Translations under genes and position numbers: made by a program
In this document: positions 27,131 to 37,056 of the stretch, one piece after another
How positions within the stretch are numbered: the first letter of the stretch is position 1
Layout: every line of letters begins with the position of its first letter
The notes under the pieces: generated by a model
The model's database searches: none
Told to the model about the DNA's origin: nothing
Seen by the model: the letters and a program-made list of their open reading frames with translations, nothing else
From: a bacterium
GTDB taxonomy: Bacteria > Zhuqueibacterota > Zhuqueibacteria > Residuimicrobiales > Krinioviventaceae
Reading direction: 5' to 3'
NCBI GenBank assembly: GCA_963675755.2
Contig: CAXXMD010000003.1
Location: 928,001-992,000, forward strand
DNA length: 64,000 nt

Positions 27131-27182
27131 TTTTCACTTGATTATTTGTCAAAAAATGTCTAAGTAATAAAAATTTGCAATT
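27131..27182 (+). repeat. 52-bp direct repeat, right copy (upstream region of the epimerase gene)
   Basis: 51/52 identity to 25242..25293; ends 22 nt before ATG 27205. Confidence 0.95.
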
Positions 27183-27204
27183 TCCCACAAACCAGAGGTC
27201 AATC

Positions 27205-28191
27205 ATGAAACGTATTCTTGTTGTATTGTTGCTATTTTTCACAGTAATGGGATACGCGCAGAAAACACCCACGGGCAATCCCAAAGATTTTAAAGTCAAA
27301 ACCTGTCTGCACTCGGTCAGCTATGCCGGAGTGTGGCGCGGTCAGACACAGTTAACTGTTGACGAGTTTCTGGTCAAAGCCAAAGAACTGGGTTACGACG
27401 GTGTCATGCTGGTGGCCAAACGCCCCCATGTATCCATTATTGATTATGATCAAGCGGCCCGCAAAAAACTCAAAGCCCGTATAGAAGAACTGGGCCTTGA
27501 ACTGGTTGCCCTTGCCGGTTATACCGATTACACAGCCGGCATCGACAAGCCCGGCATCCCCCATACCGAGATCCAGGCCGCATACGTAGGTGAACTGGCA
27601 AAACTGGCCAAAGATCTGGGCACCAATATGGTCCGCATCTTTACCGGATACGAAAGACCCGGTATCCCCTACGACAAGCAATACGCCATGGTATTGGAAG
27701 GATTAAGAGAATCAGGCAAACGCGCGGCAGAGTACGGCGTAACCCTGGTGGTGCAAAACCATCACGATATTGCCCTGCATCACGATGCCATGTACTGGCT
27801 GCTCAAAGAGGTCAATATGCCCAACGTCATGTCCGGCTGGGATGCCTGGTCGCCCACACTGGAAGGCTTGAGCAAAGAAGAAATCCGCGAATCCATCCTG
27901 AAAATGAAACCGTTTATCGTCAATACCATTGCCGCGGATTATATCACCATGCCCCGCTACCATTACGAAAACCACCTCACCAATTATATTGCCGAAAAAC
28001 CGGTCATGCGTGCGGTCCCCATGGGCACCGGCGTTATCGATTATGAGAACTTTATCGGTACTTTGAAGGAAATCGGCTACCAGGGCTATATTGTCTATGA
28101 AATGTGCGAAGTTTTGGATGGCGGCGGTTCTATGGAAAATCTCGACAAAACCGCCAAGGCTTTTTTGGATTATGTCAAAAAATTTGAATAA
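27205..28191 (+). CDS. Exported sugar-phosphate isomerase/epimerase (AP-endonuclease-2 TIM barrel)
   Basis: LGYDGV, RIFTG, QNHHD, PMG.G.IDY, GY.G....E motifs; signal peptide; GAGG RBS. Confidence 0.85.
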   Translation: MKRILVVLLLFFTVMGYAQKTPTGNPKDFKVKTCLHSVSYAGVWRGQTQLTVDEFLVKAKELGYDGVMLVAKRPHVSIIDYDQAARKKLKARIEELGLELVALAGYTDYTAGIDKPGIPHTEIQAAYVGELAKLAKDLGTNMVRIFTGYERPGIPYDKQYAMVLEGLRESGKRAAEYGVTLVVQNHHDIALHHDAMYWLLKEVNMPNVMSGWDAWSPTLEGLSKEEIRESILKMKPFIVNTIAADYITMPRYHYENHLTNYIAEKPVMRAVPMGTGVIDYENFIGTLKEIGYQGYIVYEMCEVLDGGGSMENLDKTAKAFLDYVKKFE

Positions 28192-28202
28192 CAGCGACTG
28201 AT

Positions 28203-28253
28203 TTGAAAATCCTGCCGTTACATATCACTTTTTACGGCAGGATTTTCAATTTT
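28203..28253 (+). terminator. Intrinsic terminator
   Basis: TTGAAAATCCTGCCGT...ACGGCAGGATTTTCAA followed by Ts. Confidence 0.7.
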
Positions 28254-28542
28254 ACAACGTTCTTTACCCCTAAACAACCCCATTTTCTCAATTCCCGTTT
28301 TGCAATAAACAATGATTTTACGTATATTAACCCGAATTTTTCAGCGAAACATCTGTTTGGAGATCTGCCGCCTCTGGTTCCTGTTTTTCCAAGAATCTGC
28401 GTTTTCTGCACAATGACGGTATTGATATATTCAATTTCATGGGAAACAGGCCAACATAAAACAATTCCACATCCGGAGCAGTTTAATCCCAAATAAAGGT
28501 TAATCAACAACATATTTTGTTGTACCTATAAAGGAAATTGAT

Positions 28543-30900
28543 ATTAAAAAATTATATATATACATATTTCTCATCTTTTCTCATTCACTTTTTGCAGGTA
28601 CGCAAAAGCTGGACACCCGGCTGCAATACCTGTTATGGGCGTCTGAGCAAACCCAATCCGCATTGCAAAAAGCGGGTCATAACAAAATCGCCATTTCCAT
28701 CCGCACTTGCTCCAATGTACCTGCCGATTTTGTACAGCAATGGGAAAGCCGGGGTGTGTTTTTTGAAAAGATAAACCAGTCACCCCTGCATTTGGGTGGT
28801 ATTTATAAAGCTTATACACCTGTTGACCTGCTTGCTGCATTACAAATGGATGAAAATATCCTCTCCATCGAGTATGCAGGGCTAGAAGACCGTCATAAAT
28901 GCCTGAATAAAAGTGCGGCAATCATTCAAGCTGACCAGTGCTGGGTACAATACGACAGCAATTCAAACCCAATCACCGGTAAAAGCATTACTATTGGTGT
29001 TGCCGATGATCCCCCGGATATATTTCATCCCCTGTTTTTCCGCGCAGATGACGACACCCTGGATTGGACCGATGTCAATCAAAACGGACAATTTGACGGC
29101 GGAACAGACGGCATTGATCTGGATGACAACGGAACGATTGATGCGGATGAAGTTCTGCAATATATCAATGCCCCGGTTCTGGATTACTGGGAACTGTTTG
29201 AGGAAACACAGGATGCGTACGAACCTCAATATGACTGGCTGTTTATTGACAGCAACAACAATGGAATACGTGATTATGGTACATCCGCAGGATTTACAGA
29301 AACCGATCCGGCTTATGGTGAACCACTCTTAATCTGTATCGATACAAATCAAAACAACCGGTTAAATACCAATGAACCGCTGGTACAATTGGGCACCTCA
29401 AAAATCAAGGCCATCCGGGTCTATCTTGGATTGGATGAAAATAGCAATCCTGTATACAGAGTTCTTGAGCGCGGTGTGGACCTGATAGAGCTGAGCACCT
29501 TTAATTCGCATGGCACTTCCGTTGGCGGTATTCTTGCCGGAGGCTGGCCGGGTGTTAATGCGTTAACCGGTATAGCGCCCGATGCGGATCTGGTTTACGG
29601 TACGCTTGAATATCTGGCGGAAACGGATGTAGACCTGGTTATGTATGAACAAGGCTGGTACTCGCAGGAATTTCTGGACGGCTCTTCACATGAAGAGATC
29701 ATGATGGATTCGCTTGCGGCCAGGGGTGTCATTCCGGTAGTGCCTTCCGGGAATATGAACCTGGCTGATGTTCACATGGAAGCAGATATCCCGCCAAATG
29801 ATTCCATCTCCTTCACCGTTACCTGGCCCATCATTCAGGACAATAATGGAATCCCTTTCTTTTTGTCATTCCTGTTCACAGATCAGGATTCCCTGTTTGA
29901 TTTCAGCCTTTTATCTCCTGACGGACAGTATTTCAAACTCGATGCATCCTCACAGATAACTCCTTCCATGCTCTTTAATATCTGGACCACGCATCAACAA
30001 TCTGAGCGCGGCACAGACCGGTACGATATTGTTTTGTACAGACTCAACCGGGTGGGAAGTGACTGGACAATAACCATAAAAAATCCTTCCAACCTCACAA
30101 GACATCTGGATGGTTACGTTTATGATCCACGTTTTAGCTGGGCACATGGTGCATTTTTTAATGACTATGCAACAAAAAACGCCACAGTCACACTACCTGC
30201 CACAGCAGACAGCGCGTTGACCGTTGGCTCTTTTAACATCCGGACCACCAATCAACCTGACGGCGAGTTGTCAAATTTCAGTGGCATAGGGCCAAGAATC
30301 AATGGTATGGAATGTGTAGATATCACCGCACCGGGCAAGCTGATTTTTACCCCAGACATAAACACCCGTTATCCACAATTCAGCGGAGGTTACAGAAGCG
30401 TTGAAGGCACCAGTTTTTCCGGCCCGCATGCAGCAGGAGCAATTGCGTTAATGCTGCAAATAGATTCTACACTCTCTGTCGCCCAAATCAGATCATATCT
30501 GGCACAAGGCGCCTTGCAGGATGAATTCACCGGCTCAACACCCAACATTGCCTGGGGTGGTGGTAAGCTGCAAATATTCAACACGTTAAAGGCCATGCCG
30601 CAAACCATAACAGGTATTGAGCCCGGGAAAGCACCCAAAACCACTCTGTTGGTTCAGAATTACCCCAATCCTTTCAATAATGGTACTACAATAGCCTACC
30701 AACTCGTAAAACCTTCCCACGTCAACATTGAAATCTATAATATTGCGGGTCAACGGATTGATCATTTGTATAATGGCACCCAAACCGCAGGCAATTATGA
30801 ATTGATATGGCAGGCCGCAGCCCATCCATCCGGAATCTATTTTATACGTCTCGAAACAAACAGCAATATTATTATTAAAAAATGTACTTTGCTCCGTTAA
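28543..30900 (+). CDS. Secreted S8 (subtilisin-like) serine peptidase with Ca-loop insertion and C-terminal sorting domain
   Basis: Triad motifs IGVADD, HGTSVGGILAG, GTSFSGPHAAG; QNYPNPFN tail. The frame is open upstream of TTG 28663 to an ATT at 28543 that yields a signal peptide. Confidence 0.85.
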   Translation: MKKLYIYIFLIFSHSLFAGTQKLDTRLQYLLWASEQTQSALQKAGHNKIAISIRTCSNVPADFVQQWESRGVFFEKINQSPLHLGGIYKAYTPVDLLAALQMDENILSIEYAGLEDRHKCLNKSAAIIQADQCWVQYDSNSNPITGKSITIGVADDPPDIFHPLFFRADDDTLDWTDVNQNGQFDGGTDGIDLDDNGTIDADEVLQYINAPVLDYWELFEETQDAYEPQYDWLFIDSNNNGIRDYGTSAGFTETDPAYGEPLLICIDTNQNNRLNTNEPLVQLGTSKIKAIRVYLGLDENSNPVYRVLERGVDLIELSTFNSHGTSVGGILAGGWPGVNALTGIAPDADLVYGTLEYLAETDVDLVMYEQGWYSQEFLDGSSHEEIMMDSLAARGVIPVVPSGNMNLADVHMEADIPPNDSISFTVTWPIIQDNNGIPFFLSFLFTDQDSLFDFSLLSPDGQYFKLDASSQITPSMLFNIWTTHQQSERGTDRYDIVLYRLNRVGSDWTITIKNPSNLTRHLDGYVYDPRFSWAHGAFFNDYATKNATVTLPATADSALTVGSFNIRTTNQPDGELSNFSGIGPRINGMECVDITAPGKLIFTPDINTRYPQFSGGYRSVEGTSFSGPHAAGAIALMLQIDSTLSVAQIRSYLAQGALQDEFTGSTPNIAWGGGKLQIFNTLKAMPQTITGIEPGKAPKTTLLVQNYPNPFNNGTTIAYQLVKPSHVNIEIYNIAGQRIDHLYNGTQTAGNYELIWQAAAHPSGIYFIRLETNSNIIIKKCTLLR

Positions 30901-31104
30901 TATTGAATAACATTCATTATTTTGAAACCCACCTTCTTTTTTCTCCGTATATAAAATAAATCAACAAACCTTTCTGACATTGTAACCTTTTATCGGGATC
31001 ACGGTTTATATAAAAGACAATGCACTTGTAATGGTTCTCTTGCAAACCATTTTCACTCCGGATTGTCTAAAATTATAACCATATCCTAATATACGGAGAA
31101 TTTC

Positions 31105-33342
31105 ATGCATTTGGTCAGACCGGTTATACGGGCCATTCTGCTTTTACTGATCCCATTTTCTTGTTCTTTTGCCCTGTTTAATACAAATGATACCACCAAA
31201 ACAGCCTTGATAGTACCCAGAATCAACTCGGATATAAAAATAGACGCAGTACTGGACGAACCCTATTGGCAGGATGCACTGGTTATTGAGGCCAATATTG
31301 AAGTGCGTCCCGGTGAGAACATTCCTGCCCCGGTTCAGACAGAAGCATTAATCATGTACGATGATGAAAATCTCTATTGCGGTTTTCGATGTTATGATCC
31401 CGAGCCGGAAAAGATCCGAGCTCATTTTTGTGACCGTGACGATATTTGGGATGATGACTGGATTCTGATATTGTTTGACACCTTTAACGACAATCAACGG
31501 AGTTATGATTTTTTCAGCAATCCGTATGGCATTCAGGCAGACGAAATAGAGAGTTCTGCCGGTGGAGGCGGTTCGTGGGATGCAATCTGGAATTCACACG
31601 GAAGAATTACAGACGAAGGCTATATTGTAGAAATGTCCATACCTTTCAGTTCATTGGGTTTCCAGCGCAGTCCGGAAGACCAGATATGGGGTGTGGATAT
31701 TGTTCGAAGTTATCCCAGGAATGTACGTCACCATATTGGCGCGTTTCCGCGCGACCGCGATAATAACTGTTATTTGTGCCAGGCCATAAAGCTGGTTGGG
31801 TTCAAAGGCGCCAAACCGGGACGGGATATAGAACTGGCCCCTACCCTATCCGGCATTCACAGTTCCGAACGTGAAGACGGTATCCATACACCCATGCAGT
31901 TAAAATCCCGAGAAATGGAAGCGGGTTTAACCGCAAGGTTCGGTCTGACTCCAAATCTGATTATGAACGGCACAATTAATCCCGATTTTTCGCAGGTTGA
32001 AGCCGACATCAAACAACTGGATATAAACCGACAATTTGCCATATACTATAATGAAAAACGCCCCTTTTTTCTGGAAGGCAATGACTTTTTCAGCACCCTG
32101 TCCAACGGGGTTTACACCCGCTCCCTTGCCGATCCTGTTGGGGGAATTAAACTCACCGGCAAAGAAGGCAACCACACCATTGGCTTTTTCAGCGTTCAGG
32201 ATAAAATCACAAACTTTATTTTCCCGGGACCGGAAGGCTCAGACAGCGGCTCCCTTGAACAGCAAAACACCAGCAGCGTAATGCGCTATAAATATGATGT
32301 TGGTGAATCTTCCAACATTGGTATGCTGGTCACAGACCGGGAAGGCAAAGACTATTACAGCCGTCTGGGTTCCATTGATGCCACATTAAAATTGACCCAA
32401 AAAGATGAACTGGTGTTTCAGGTCTTGAATTCAAGTACACAATATCCGGATTCTATAATCAACGAATATGACCAGAAGCAAGGCACCATAAGTGGTACTT
32501 CTATAACATCTTATTATGAGCACGATACACGAAAATACAATGTATATGGATATTACTCACAGGTTTCTCCTGATTATCGTGCCGACCTGGGGTTTACCAC
32601 CCGCTCGGGTTACCATTACACCGAAGCAGGCGGTACCTGGAAATGGCGGCGCGATCCGGGAAGCTGGTTCACCCAAATTACCTGGTATGGCAGTTATGAT
32701 CTGAGACGCGACTGGCAGTATAGACCCATGCATAAAGCATTTACCTCGCGGATTTACTATGAAGGCCCCTGGCAGATCTATGCCGGTGCCTACTTTGAGC
32801 ATGGTCGGGATATTTTTGAAGGTGACAGTTATCGGATGAACAATGTACAATTCTGGACCGGCTCCAGACCCTCGGGATTTATCCGTCTAAGTTTATGGGG
32901 TGAATACGGTGACGATATTGACTATTGCAATAACCGTCCGGGTACCAGCTTGAATCTATCCCCCACCATTGAACTTCGTCCCGGTAAACATTTAAACCTG
33001 GAAATGGGGCACACCTGGGAAAAACTGGATGTAGCTCCGGGAAGATTGTACACCGCCAATTCCAGCAAATTTAAAGTCATATACCAATTTTCAAAACGCA
33101 TCTTTGTGCGGGCAATACTACAAAAAATGGTATACGACTGCAATGTCTCGCTTTACAAAGACGATGATGTAGATCCAAAAGAAAAAACTTTTTTCAGCCA
33201 GCTCCTGTTTTCTTACAAAATCAATCCCCAAACGGTACTGTTTCTGGGCTATTCAGACAATTATTGGGGTGATCATGTGGATCCATTAACCCGTACAGAC
33301 CGTGTATTCTTTGCCAAAATGGGTTATGCCTGGAGAATATAA
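31105..33342 (+). CDS. CBM9-like + DUF5916 outer-membrane protein
   Basis: IDA.LDE..W, DTFND, VEM.IPF.SL, INPDFSQVEAD, EKRPFFLEG motifs; barrel C-terminus. Confidence 0.88.
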   Translation: MHLVRPVIRAILLLLIPFSCSFALFNTNDTTKTALIVPRINSDIKIDAVLDEPYWQDALVIEANIEVRPGENIPAPVQTEALIMYDDENLYCGFRCYDPEPEKIRAHFCDRDDIWDDDWILILFDTFNDNQRSYDFFSNPYGIQADEIESSAGGGGSWDAIWNSHGRITDEGYIVEMSIPFSSLGFQRSPEDQIWGVDIVRSYPRNVRHHIGAFPRDRDNNCYLCQAIKLVGFKGAKPGRDIELAPTLSGIHSSEREDGIHTPMQLKSREMEAGLTARFGLTPNLIMNGTINPDFSQVEADIKQLDINRQFAIYYNEKRPFFLEGNDFFSTLSNGVYTRSLADPVGGIKLTGKEGNHTIGFFSVQDKITNFIFPGPEGSDSGSLEQQNTSSVMRYKYDVGESSNIGMLVTDREGKDYYSRLGSIDATLKLTQKDELVFQVLNSSTQYPDSIINEYDQKQGTISGTSITSYYEHDTRKYNVYGYYSQVSPDYRADLGFTTRSGYHYTEAGGTWKWRRDPGSWFTQITWYGSYDLRRDWQYRPMHKAFTSRIYYEGPWQIYAGAYFEHGRDIFEGDSYRMNNVQFWTGSRPSGFIRLSLWGEYGDDIDYCNNRPGTSLNLSPTIELRPGKHLNLEMGHTWEKLDVAPGRLYTANSSKFKVIYQFSKRIFVRAILQKMVYDCNVSLYKDDDVDPKEKTFFSQLLFSYKINPQTVLFLGYSDNYWGDHVDPLTRTDRVFFAKMGYAWRI

Positions 33343-33456
33343 AAAAACCTTACCTTGAAAAAATGTGACCCGAATTACATTCATTTACGGAATATAACCG
33401 TATAATTTACTTGTTATTCAACCTATAAACTATAGTTAAAGGGAAGGATATAAAGT

Positions 33457-33885
33457 ATGAGGGTCACAGTTATTATGTTGTCCGTATTAATGCTGTTCTC
33501 ATGTGCAGGCAGTAAATCCGGTAAATCCGGGCCTTATAAAATCACAATTTCTGAAGGCGGTGGTATTACAGGTCAACGCCTTGGATTTCACATGGATGAT
33601 ACGGGGCTCGTACAAAAATGGACTCAAATGCCGGGACAAGAAGAACAAATAGAGTGGGAAAAATCCGGTAATTCAAAAAAAATCTATAAATTCAAAAAAA
33701 CCATCGAATCATCACTCACCGATATAAATATCGATCAATCTTCCAATATGTCAAGATTGCTGACAATACAACAGCAGGATACAACACGGCAATGGAGATT
33801 TCCGGCTACACTCACCTCACAGGAAATACCACTGGTGTTAACATCGCTGTATCAGGATATTTACGAGTATTGCTCAGGTCTTTAA
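33457..33885 (+). CDS. Lipoprotein, possibly an emfourin-like M4 protease inhibitor
   Basis: FSC lipobox; I.ISEGGGITG motif; directly upstream of an M4 peptidase. Confidence 0.6.
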   Translation: MRVTVIMLSVLMLFSCAGSKSGKSGPYKITISEGGGITGQRLGFHMDDTGLVQKWTQMPGQEEQIEWEKSGNSKKIYKFKKTIESSLTDINIDQSSNMSRLLTIQQQDTTRQWRFPATLTSQEIPLVLTSLYQDIYEYCSGL

Positions 33886-33927
33886 AAATTTCGCAGTTGG
33901 CAAATTCAATCATCTCAGGAGTTAAAC

Positions 33928-36900
33928 ATGAAACATGTTACGATTATATTACTTTTATGCGCGTTTCTCTCAGGGACGGCATTTTCATCCACAAATGCAT
34001 TAACGGACAAAAAAAACGCCCGTCCGGTTGCTAACGACAAAACAACCGGTATCGAACAGGCAAAATTAAAAACAATCAGCGAAAAAATCAGTCAGTTTAG
34101 AAACGCCCCCAAAGCGGCTAAACGTCAAAAAAATACAATCAATTATCAATTACCTACTGCCCAAAAACAGGCATTGATTGAACTCATAAGAGACCCGAAC
34201 CGTAACATTCAGATTGAATGGTCACAGGACGGCAGCAGTCCCATATTTATCGAGGCAGAAAATCTGTTATCTGATGAAATGTCAGGTAACACCATCAACC
34301 AATCTCTTAACGCTTTTGCTCCCAGGGCAAAACGATTGCTGGGTTTGGAAAACCAGGATGACAAGTTGGTTTTTGTTAAACAACAAACCGACGCGCTGGG
34401 CATGACCCATGTACGTATGCATCAGTCTTTTGCCAATGTTCCGGTATATGGCCGTGACCTTTATTACCATTTTGATAAAGATAACAAACTGGTAGGTATA
34501 AACGGTCGCACAACGCCTTTGCCTAAATCTCTTGATATTCAACCCTCTGTTACTGCCCGTAATGCAGAGATCCAGGCAATTCAATACCTGGGATTAAAAG
34601 ATACTGACTCTGTACCGGTACAAAGCAGGCTGGTTATTTATCCCATGCAGGACGAATTTCCCCTGACCTATATTGTAAATGTAAAACCAACTCTGGCTGA
34701 AAACTGGGATATTGTAATTGATGCCCATTCAGGTAATGTATTAAAGAAAATTAACCGCATCTGTTATGATGGCGCAGTAAACGCAAGTGGTATGGATCTG
34801 CAAGGCAATACCCGTAATTTTAGTTCCTATCAACTCGGCAGCGATCACTATTTAATTGACACCTCTAAACCCATGTTTAATGCCGGTCAATCCCAAATAC
34901 CAGACAATGTGGTAGGCGGAATTGTTGTCCTTGACGCTCAAAATGGCGACGGCAGCCAACTGTATTACAACACATCAACCAATGCAAATTCATGGAGCGT
35001 GCCAAATGCTATCAGTGCAATTGCAAACGGTGGTGTAGTTTATGATTATTATCGCAATATCCACAACCGTAACAGCATTGACGGCAATGGCGGTACCATG
35101 TATATTGTAGTCAATTTTGACAATAATTATAATAATGCTTTCTGGAATGGCCAGTTTATGGTATTTGGCAATGGGGACAACCAGCAATTCAGCGATCTTG
35201 CCGGTGCGTTGGATGTAACCGCTCACGAAATGAGCCACGGTGTTATTGAACATACCGCAAACCTGATCTATGAAGAACAGTCAGGTGCCTTGAACGAATC
35301 TTTTGCCGATGTTTTTGGCGTTGCCGCAGAATTTTATCATGAAGGCGCTAACGGTGACTGGCTGGTAGGCGAGGATGTAACGACTCCCTCTGTTGCCAAT
35401 GACGCACTTCGCGATATGATCCAACCGGATGGTCCCAATGTGGGTGGCGGTCTTCAACCGGGGCACATGAACCAATATCAGACTCTTCCCAACACCGAAG
35501 ATGGCGACAATGGCGGTGTTCATGTGAACAGCGGTATACCCAACAGGGCTTTTTATCTTGTTGCCAACACCGTTGGTGTTGAAAAAGCAGAACAGATCTA
35601 TTATCGTGCTCTTTCAGTGTATTTAACCCGCAGCTCTCAATTTATTGATGCCAGAATAGCAATTCTCAAATCAGCTTCTGATCTCTATGGAGAAAATTCT
35701 ACAGAATATCAGGCGGTTCAAAGTGCATTTAATACAGTAGGAATTTTGGATGGTGAAGGCTCTACATTACCTGATATTGAACCTCAGGTACAAGGTGTTG
35801 ACTGGATCCTGGCTGTAGATTCCGGGACCCGTGCGCTCTATCGCATCAGCCTTGATGCGGAAACCATTGAAATGATTTCTGCTTCTCCCGTGCTGAACAA
35901 GCCTTCAGTAACAGACGATGGTGAATTTGTATTGTTTGTGGATTATGATTACAATCCCAGAATCGTAGCTATTGATGGCAGTGCGGAACAGCAACTGGAC
36001 GATTCAGGTACATTTTGGAACCTGGCATACTCACCCAATGGTAATTATATTGCGGCAACTTCAAACGTTGCGGATGGCCTGATCTATCTTTTTGATATGG
36101 TCAATACAGACAACGTCTACCAGTATCCGCTTTATGCACAGACATATACCGAAGGCGCACAATCCTCTACGGTATTGTATGCCGATGCAATGGACTGGAC
36201 CCTTGACAGTCAGTATCTGGTTTATGATGCTTATAATATTGCGGCTACCGCAACCGGTGATACCCTGGATTATTGGGATATCAACTTTTTGCGTATTGCA
36301 GACGGCACAGTGATCCGTGCTTTTCCTCCACAGGATATTGGTGTGAACCTTGGCAATCCCGTTCTGGCATCCAACAATGATTATATTATGGCATTTGATT
36401 TTGTAGACGCAAACGGAGAGGTTACCGCTTATGGCGCCAACCTGGAGACCGGTGATGTTGGTGTGATCACAAGAAATGGTTACGCCATCTCTAGGCCTGA
36501 TTTTTCTTCAGATGACTCGGCAGTAATTTATGAATATACCGATGGTAATAATTATGGTGTATTTGTAACCAGCTTGCTTGATGATGGTATAACCGGTGCA
36601 GGTGATGATTTTCAATTTTTGTCCGGTGCAATTTATCCATTATGGGTAACAAGAGGCACTCGTCCCGAAACTGCAGTTGAAGAAAATGATATTAAAATAC
36701 CAAGTGCATTAACATTGCATCAGAATTATCCCAATCCCTTTAATCCGGAAACAACCATACGTTTTGATCTGCCTGAGAACATGAATGTACGTTTGGATGT
36801 TTACAATGTTCTGGGTAGAAATGTCATGTCCGTTGCAGATGGATTTTATACCGCTGGATCGCATCAAATCAAATTCAACGGTCAGGATTTACCAAGCGGT

Positions 36901-36966
36901 ATTTATTACTATCGTTTGACAACCCCAATGGGGACTGAAACACAAAAAATGTTATTATTGAAATAA
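33928..36966 (+). CDS. Secreted M4 (thermolysin/bacillolysin) metallopeptidase with FTP/PepSY propeptide, beta-propeller region and sorting domain
   Basis: NNAFWNG, HEMSH, GALNESFAD, GVHVNSGIPN motifs; QNYPNPFN tail. Confidence 0.93.
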   Translation: MKHVTIILLLCAFLSGTAFSSTNALTDKKNARPVANDKTTGIEQAKLKTISEKISQFRNAPKAAKRQKNTINYQLPTAQKQALIELIRDPNRNIQIEWSQDGSSPIFIEAENLLSDEMSGNTINQSLNAFAPRAKRLLGLENQDDKLVFVKQQTDALGMTHVRMHQSFANVPVYGRDLYYHFDKDNKLVGINGRTTPLPKSLDIQPSVTARNAEIQAIQYLGLKDTDSVPVQSRLVIYPMQDEFPLTYIVNVKPTLAENWDIVIDAHSGNVLKKINRICYDGAVNASGMDLQGNTRNFSSYQLGSDHYLIDTSKPMFNAGQSQIPDNVVGGIVVLDAQNGDGSQLYYNTSTNANSWSVPNAISAIANGGVVYDYYRNIHNRNSIDGNGGTMYIVVNFDNNYNNAFWNGQFMVFGNGDNQQFSDLAGALDVTAHEMSHGVIEHTANLIYEEQSGALNESFADVFGVAAEFYHEGANGDWLVGEDVTTPSVANDALRDMIQPDGPNVGGGLQPGHMNQYQTLPNTEDGDNGGVHVNSGIPNRAFYLVANTVGVEKAEQIYYRALSVYLTRSSQFIDARIAILKSASDLYGENSTEYQAVQSAFNTVGILDGEGSTLPDIEPQVQGVDWILAVDSGTRALYRISLDAETIEMISASPVLNKPSVTDDGEFVLFVDYDYNPRIVAIDGSAEQQLDDSGTFWNLAYSPNGNYIAATSNVADGLIYLFDMVNTDNVYQYPLYAQTYTEGAQSSTVLYADAMDWTLDSQYLVYDAYNIAATATGDTLDYWDINFLRIADGTVIRAFPPQDIGVNLGNPVLASNNDYIMAFDFVDANGEVTAYGANLETGDVGVITRNGYAISRPDFSSDDSAVIYEYTDGNNYGVFVTSLLDDGITGAGDDFQFLSGAIYPLWVTRGTRPETAVEENDIKIPSALTLHQNYPNPFNPETTIRFDLPENMNVRLDVYNVLGRNVMSVADGFYTAGSHQIKFNGQDLPSGIYYYRLTTPMGTETQKMLLLK

Positions 36967-36973
36967 TTTACTA

Positions 36974-37001
36974 TTTCCGGGAGGTTCACACCTCCCGGAA
37001 A
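36974..37001. terminator. Intergenic hairpin (terminator or mRNA stabiliser)
   Basis: TTTCCGGGAGGT-TCAC-ACCTCCCGGAAA; no U-tract. Confidence 0.45.
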
Positions 37002-37056
37002 AGTTGTAGAAATATTTTTCAGATATAAATTGTATAGAATATATTACAGGTGATTT

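Noticed and set aside
28538-28774. Frameshift joining the 78-aa ORF to the S8 protease
   Set aside because: The protease frame itself is open and encodes the signal peptide, so no frameshift is needed.
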